A model generated the notes under the pieces. That model searched no databases. It had not been told where the DNA came from and was given only the letters and a program-made list of their open reading frames with translations. A stretch of DNA of 64,000 bases from the human T2T-CHM13v2.0 reference genome, Homo sapiens: the NCBI RefSeq assembly GCF_009914755.1, contig NC_060935.1. One strand, written 5' to 3'. Below, piece after piece: positions 58,535-64,000 of the stretch (position 1 is its first letter; each line of letters begins with the position of its first letter). The translations under genes were made by a program, and so were the position numbers.

Positions 58535-60460
58535 TTATCACCGCAGTGAAAGGTGGGCAGTGGCAGCAGGTGATGCCTGTGACACGCCAGGCATGGAGGG
58601 CAACAGCTCACGGCTTCCATCTCTCCTTCCTCCACCGCCACCCAGGGCACAGCCATTTTCCCCATTACACAGCAGAGGAGTCCAAGGTTCAGAGCAGGTC
58701 AGCAACTGGATGGAGGTCACACAGCCAGGCCAAGATGTGCTTGGGCTTAGCCTGTGGAGTCTGCCTTTGGCCCCATCGCTGACCCAGCTGCTGAGAGTGA
58801 AACTCAAGCCCTGTGGTGCCACATTCCAGGAGGGTCTCCACCTTGGTTCTTCAGGAATTCTGGCTTGACCTGGGTGCCTGCGATCACTGTTGGAAGGTCC
58901 GGGGCCCCTTTCCGTCTGCTTCTCCCTTAGGCACTAGAGCCAGCTACTGCAGAATCGGGGTGAGTCTCCAGCCCGCAAAGCCAGGATGACGTGACTGCTC
59001 CTCCTGCCTGGCTTCTTGCTTCTCTTCAGGACCCAAGCATGCAGTGCCACTTCTGATCTATAGACCTTCTCAGGCCTCAACCCCAACCCTGACTGTGCGT
59101 GTCTGCTCGTCAGCTCCCAAATCTTCTCCAAGTCTTGGCTACTGTCACCGACCTGGGCAGACAACCCCAGAGCCCACAGCCTCCCAAACCATCCTTTACA
59201 CACGGTCCTTGTGCTGTCACTGCCCTTATTCCTGGGACCTAACTGCCCTTCTCCCTTAACCCTGGGCTCCTCCAGGACAAGAGACCTTGTCTCTCTCTAC
59301 TCCACACGCCCTGAAGCCTGGATGGGTGTCACAGCTATTTGGCCCATGCTTGTTCAAATCACGAACAGAACAAATGCAATATTGGCGATATCTGAAAACT
59401 CACCAAGCATTTACTTCCAAGTATATGAAATCTCATTATGTTATTAAAATATTTAAACATTTTACTAATTTCTTTTTAGTAAAATTTGACGATGGTTTTG
59501 CCTTCCCTTGACTTGGGGCCAAAACCCATGCTGGAAAGAGACAGACACTCCAGGGAATAAAGCATATTCCCTGCCGGGTGGCTCCAGACCTTTCTGCAGC
59601 ACCATGGTGACCCCGAGGTGGTCAAGCTATGAGTCATGGAGGCCCATGGCCCACTCTGCTTCAATCAGCACTGGGGTTTCGCTGTGCCACCTTGGCCAGG
59701 CTGCATAACCTGTCTGAGCCACTGTCTCTCCATGTGCAAATGGTGTTCTAGGGCCCTCTCTGCACTTGTCCCTTTCAGGAGCTCCTTTAGCTTCAAAAGC
59801 AGAAGAGAACTGGGCACAGGGAGGGGTCAGCAGCCCTGCACCGTGAGCTCCTGCCCTGGAGCGAGCATGAGCCTCAGCCTAGGTCCCTCGGCCAGGAGTG
59901 GGTCCTGCTCCCTGCTGTGCCACCTGGGATTCTCGTGCAGCTTAAATGGAACTCGGCAAGGAAGCTGAGCCCTGTCCTGAAGCTAAAGGAGACACTGCTG
60001 GAGGCTCCCAGGGGGGTGGGAGGCAGCACGCAGGGTCTCCCCACCCAGAGGCCCAAGAGACGGCCGAGGTGAAGCTCCCTCCACACGGTTTCCTCTCAGC
60101 ATCTGAGCTTGCACGGGGATCTGTGAGAATAACACGGACGGTGGAACCTTCCACTCCACAGGCTCAGGGGGCCGGGCTGGGCGGCCATTCCCTCGTGTCA
60201 TCTGACTACCCTGACGCAGTGTCATACCCCTAACACAGGTGTGGCTCGCATCTGCACAGAGCTGCCCACACCACACCCTGGGCCTCAGACTCCCAGAGCG
60301 GGCTGGGCAGACCCTGGACTCTCACAGCATGTGGAAGGCTGGGGTGTGAGCCCAGAGCTGAGGCTGGAAGGTACAGGTTTCAGGTCATGGGGTCAGGGAG
60401 CAGAGGCTGCAGTGGAGATGCTCAGGTGGTGACTGTGACTGGGAGGTTGCAAAGACAGCT

Positions 60461-60600
60461 ATTAGGGTGGGCTGGGCTGCTATGGGGTGGGCTGGGCTCC
60501 TATGGGGTGGGCTGGGCTGCTATGGGGTGGGCTGGGCTGCTAAAGGGTGGGCTGGGCTGCTATGGGGTGGGCTGGGCTCCTATGGGGTGGGCTTGGTGGG
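60461..60600. repeat. 20-bp G-rich minisatellite TATGGGGTGGGCTGGGCTGC x7
   Basis: Units start every 20 nt from 60461. Confidence 0.97.
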
Positions 60601-60734
60601 CCCCAGGAGGAGGAAGGGAAGCAAGTCTTGGTGGCTTTTGGGAAGAGTTTATGGATGGCTGGCGCTGTAGACAGAGCTGAAATTCGTATTGTGAGGTCCT
60701 GACTCCTAGTGGGACTGCATGTGAAGCAGAGTCC

Positions 60735-60985
60735 TTCACGGTGGTTAAGTTAAAGGGAGGCCACTAGGGTGGGCCCAAATCCATTCTCATTGATGTCCTT
60801 GAAGAAGAGGAGATGAGGACAAAGACGCACAGAGAGACGACCCTGTGAGGTCACAAGGAGAAGGCGGCACCTACAAGCCGCAGAGACAGGCTGCAGGAGG
60901 CCCCAGCCCTGCGACACCTTGATCTCGAGCTCCAGCCTCCAGGACTGTGAGAACATAGAGGCCTGCTGTTGAATGCCCCCCAGCC
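60735..60985 (+). mobile_element. MLT1 MaLR LTR fragment
   Basis: 'tagggtgggcccaaatcca...gtccttgaagaagaggaga...gacaccttgatctcgagctccagcctccaggactgtgaga'. Confidence 0.8.
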
Positions 60986-62167
60986 CACCTGCAGGGCTCT
61001 CTGCACACGGGAGACTGATACAGGGCTCAACCGATTCTTAGAGGACACACGAGTCAACTTCCCTAAAACAGAACTGCTCCAGCCCTCCCAATTTGGTGCT
61101 CAGGGACCAGGAGTTCACAAATGTCTCCTGGTGCTTCCGTCGGAAGGCCTGTGAATGCCATCTCCTTGGGTGGGTGGCCATACCATCTTCATCTTCCTCC
61201 TCAGTTTGGGGACACGGCCTTCGTGGACGATTCTCCAGTGAGCCCTCAGTTTTCCTAGGGTAGGACCACACTGTGCTGCGTGCACCATCCCCTGTCCCAT
61301 CTGAGTCCCCAAGGTGGTGGGAGCTCCCTGGGGGATGAGTGGGCGCCTCCATCCATCCACACACACCCAGCCCTCGCCTGGCTTCCCCACATCTCTGGAC
61401 AGGAGGACTCTTCTGGCAGTGTGTTCTCCCTGCCACAGGCACCCCTACAACATTAGTTCAACTCATTAATACTCTGCTTAAAAAGAAAAATCTAATGAAT
61501 GCCCCATTTTCCTAATTGGGTCAGCAGAGCATGCCTTGAATAGCATTCAAGCTGTTCAGTTTCTACCTGAAATTGCCATGCGTTTTTCCATTTGGGTTGG
61601 GGGGCCGGGGGCGGGGCATGAAAATCTCTCCCCCTAAATCCTTACTCCAGCCTTCACAGCCAGCATTCTCGACAAGGGGATCATCTAAAACGCTGGGCAC
61701 GTTTCTCGACATAGCACAAACTCACTGGAACCATGGGGTTCGGGGCCGCAGTGGAGGAGTTGGAAACACAGGCTCCACGCCGGGCACTGCCCTTCACTCC
61801 CCACACTGAGCACCTGGCCCTCCTGCTGCAGCCCTTTGAGTAATCTCGTGGGATGTTACGTAATATTCCTGGAGGATACATGCTGTTCTTTTACATGACA
61901 AATTCCTCAGACAGGGATTATCTCAGTCCAGCTGAGATGCTTTTCGACTTTCCCCATGATCAATAACACGGCGGAGAACATTTTCACGCAGGTGGCACCT
62001 TTCTTCATTTGAATATTTTACATTCCCAGGAGCGGAAATGCCAGGTCAAAAGGTCTGAGCGCCCCCATGGCCCTGGGCACGTGTCTGGCCAATTGCTTTC
62101 ACCAGAGTTATGCCAATTTATATGACCAAATCACTGGGACCCAATTTCTTCTTATGAAAATAAAATA

Positions 62168-62505
<338 letters not shown>

Positions 62506-63512
62506 CTAAAATGAGGTATAGAGAAAATGGGTTTCAACCAGAGGACAATAAACTTCAAAGATGAGAGGACTTTCCACTGGAGTGGATTAGGGGAGACATA
62601 ATTTCACGCTGAAGGACTCATCAGAACAGAATAGTTTCTCCTTCTCACAGAGAAATGGACTCTGATAACATCAGGCCTATTCCAAATCTCCAAGTCCATG
62701 GCATTTTTCCTACTCGGCTTCGTGAACTTCCAATGGAATGTGCTTATTGGCCCCGGGGCCAGCACGGGGCCATCTTAGGTGCCGAGGATAGAGAGGCGGT
62801 GTTGGAAGAAATGGGTGGGGATGCCTCCAAACCACCCACAAAGACCGTTCCCAGAGACCAGAGGCAGGAATGGCAGACAACCTGGTGACACTGAGATGCC
62901 AATAAAACCCAGGATTGATTGATGGAAAGACGAGCCAAGCCAGGGAAAATCAGAATGAAACAGACGGCCCCGGGTGAATGAATGCACATTTCCCATAATT
63001 ACATAGAGATGGAAATAAGCAGCACAGAACAAAGCGAGAAGGAGAGCCCACTTCCAAGTTGTTTGCAGCAGAGGCTGAAAATAGACACCGGAGAGGTGGT
63101 GCTGGATAGAAACCGCCAGTGTTTGTCTCCGAGCTTCCTGCAATGAAACAACAAGCAACGCACTGGGGGCAGGAAACGGAGCCGTCAGAGGAAAGCACCC
63201 CAGAGACGCTGTTCCCCGTCTCCCGACACTGGAGAAACAGGTGGCCAAGGGCAGCCGCCAAGGTTTCCAGAGGCTGGTGCCGAGCCCAGAGAGACCTGAA
63301 CTGGGTCCCTGGGAAAGCGGAAGGGCAGAAAAGCGAACTGGAGAGTCTAGAGTGCGCTTCCAGTGGGACAGCACCCCCAGGCAAAGTCAGCTAAAGAGGG
63401 TGCCGGTGGTGGGGTCTTTCTACCGTGGCAGAAAACGGAGGCACCCCTCTTCTTAGGGGTTCCTAGGAGGACAACTGAGCCTTCAATGCCTCAGGTTATT
63501 TTTCTGTAAATT

Positions 63513-63820
<308 letters not shown>

Positions 63821-64000
63821 TAACAAGGATGACACTGGGAAGCACAGGTCAACTGCTGGTGTCCCAAGCCCTGCTCTCAGCACTCCACAGACCCCAGGTG
63901 CCTAGCGGCCACCTCATCTCAGCACAGAAGGCAGCGTCATCATCCCCATGACACAGATAGTCCAGTCACCTGCTCCCGGCCACACAGCTGGGAAGGAGCC

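Overview
Human (hominid) genomic DNA from the middle of SHANK2 (ProSAP1/CortBP1, chr11q13), transcribed on the minus strand. Four coding segments can be read with canonical GT-AG sites and consistent phases: the alternative first exon of the Shank2A/ProSAP1-type isoform (ATG at 43751, MKSLLNAFTKKE, missed by the ORF track) under a CpG-rich internal promoter; a 319-nt exon (37928-37610); and two exons encoding the SH3 domain (24424-24255, 14945-14832). The upstream ankyrin exons and downstream PDZ exons were not seen in the window. The rest is intron: 18 Alus, old L1/L2/MIR fragments, MaLR/ERV LTRs, two Tigger-derived MITEs, kb-scale microsatellite tracts, a ~1.8-kb 31-bp VNTR and several short tandem duplications. 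Almost all long ORFs in the track are repeat artefacts. I see no new gene family or self-contained novel system. The best leads are regulatory and all need testing: a possible intronic-polyadenylation SH3-terminated isoform, a uORF whose stop overlaps the Shank2A start (ATGA), a 603-nt stop-free circularisable exon block, the VNTR in the first Shank2A intron, a full-length CTCF site, and an atypical Alu fragment inserted in an Alu. Repeat subfamily names come from recalled consensus and their boundaries are approximate.
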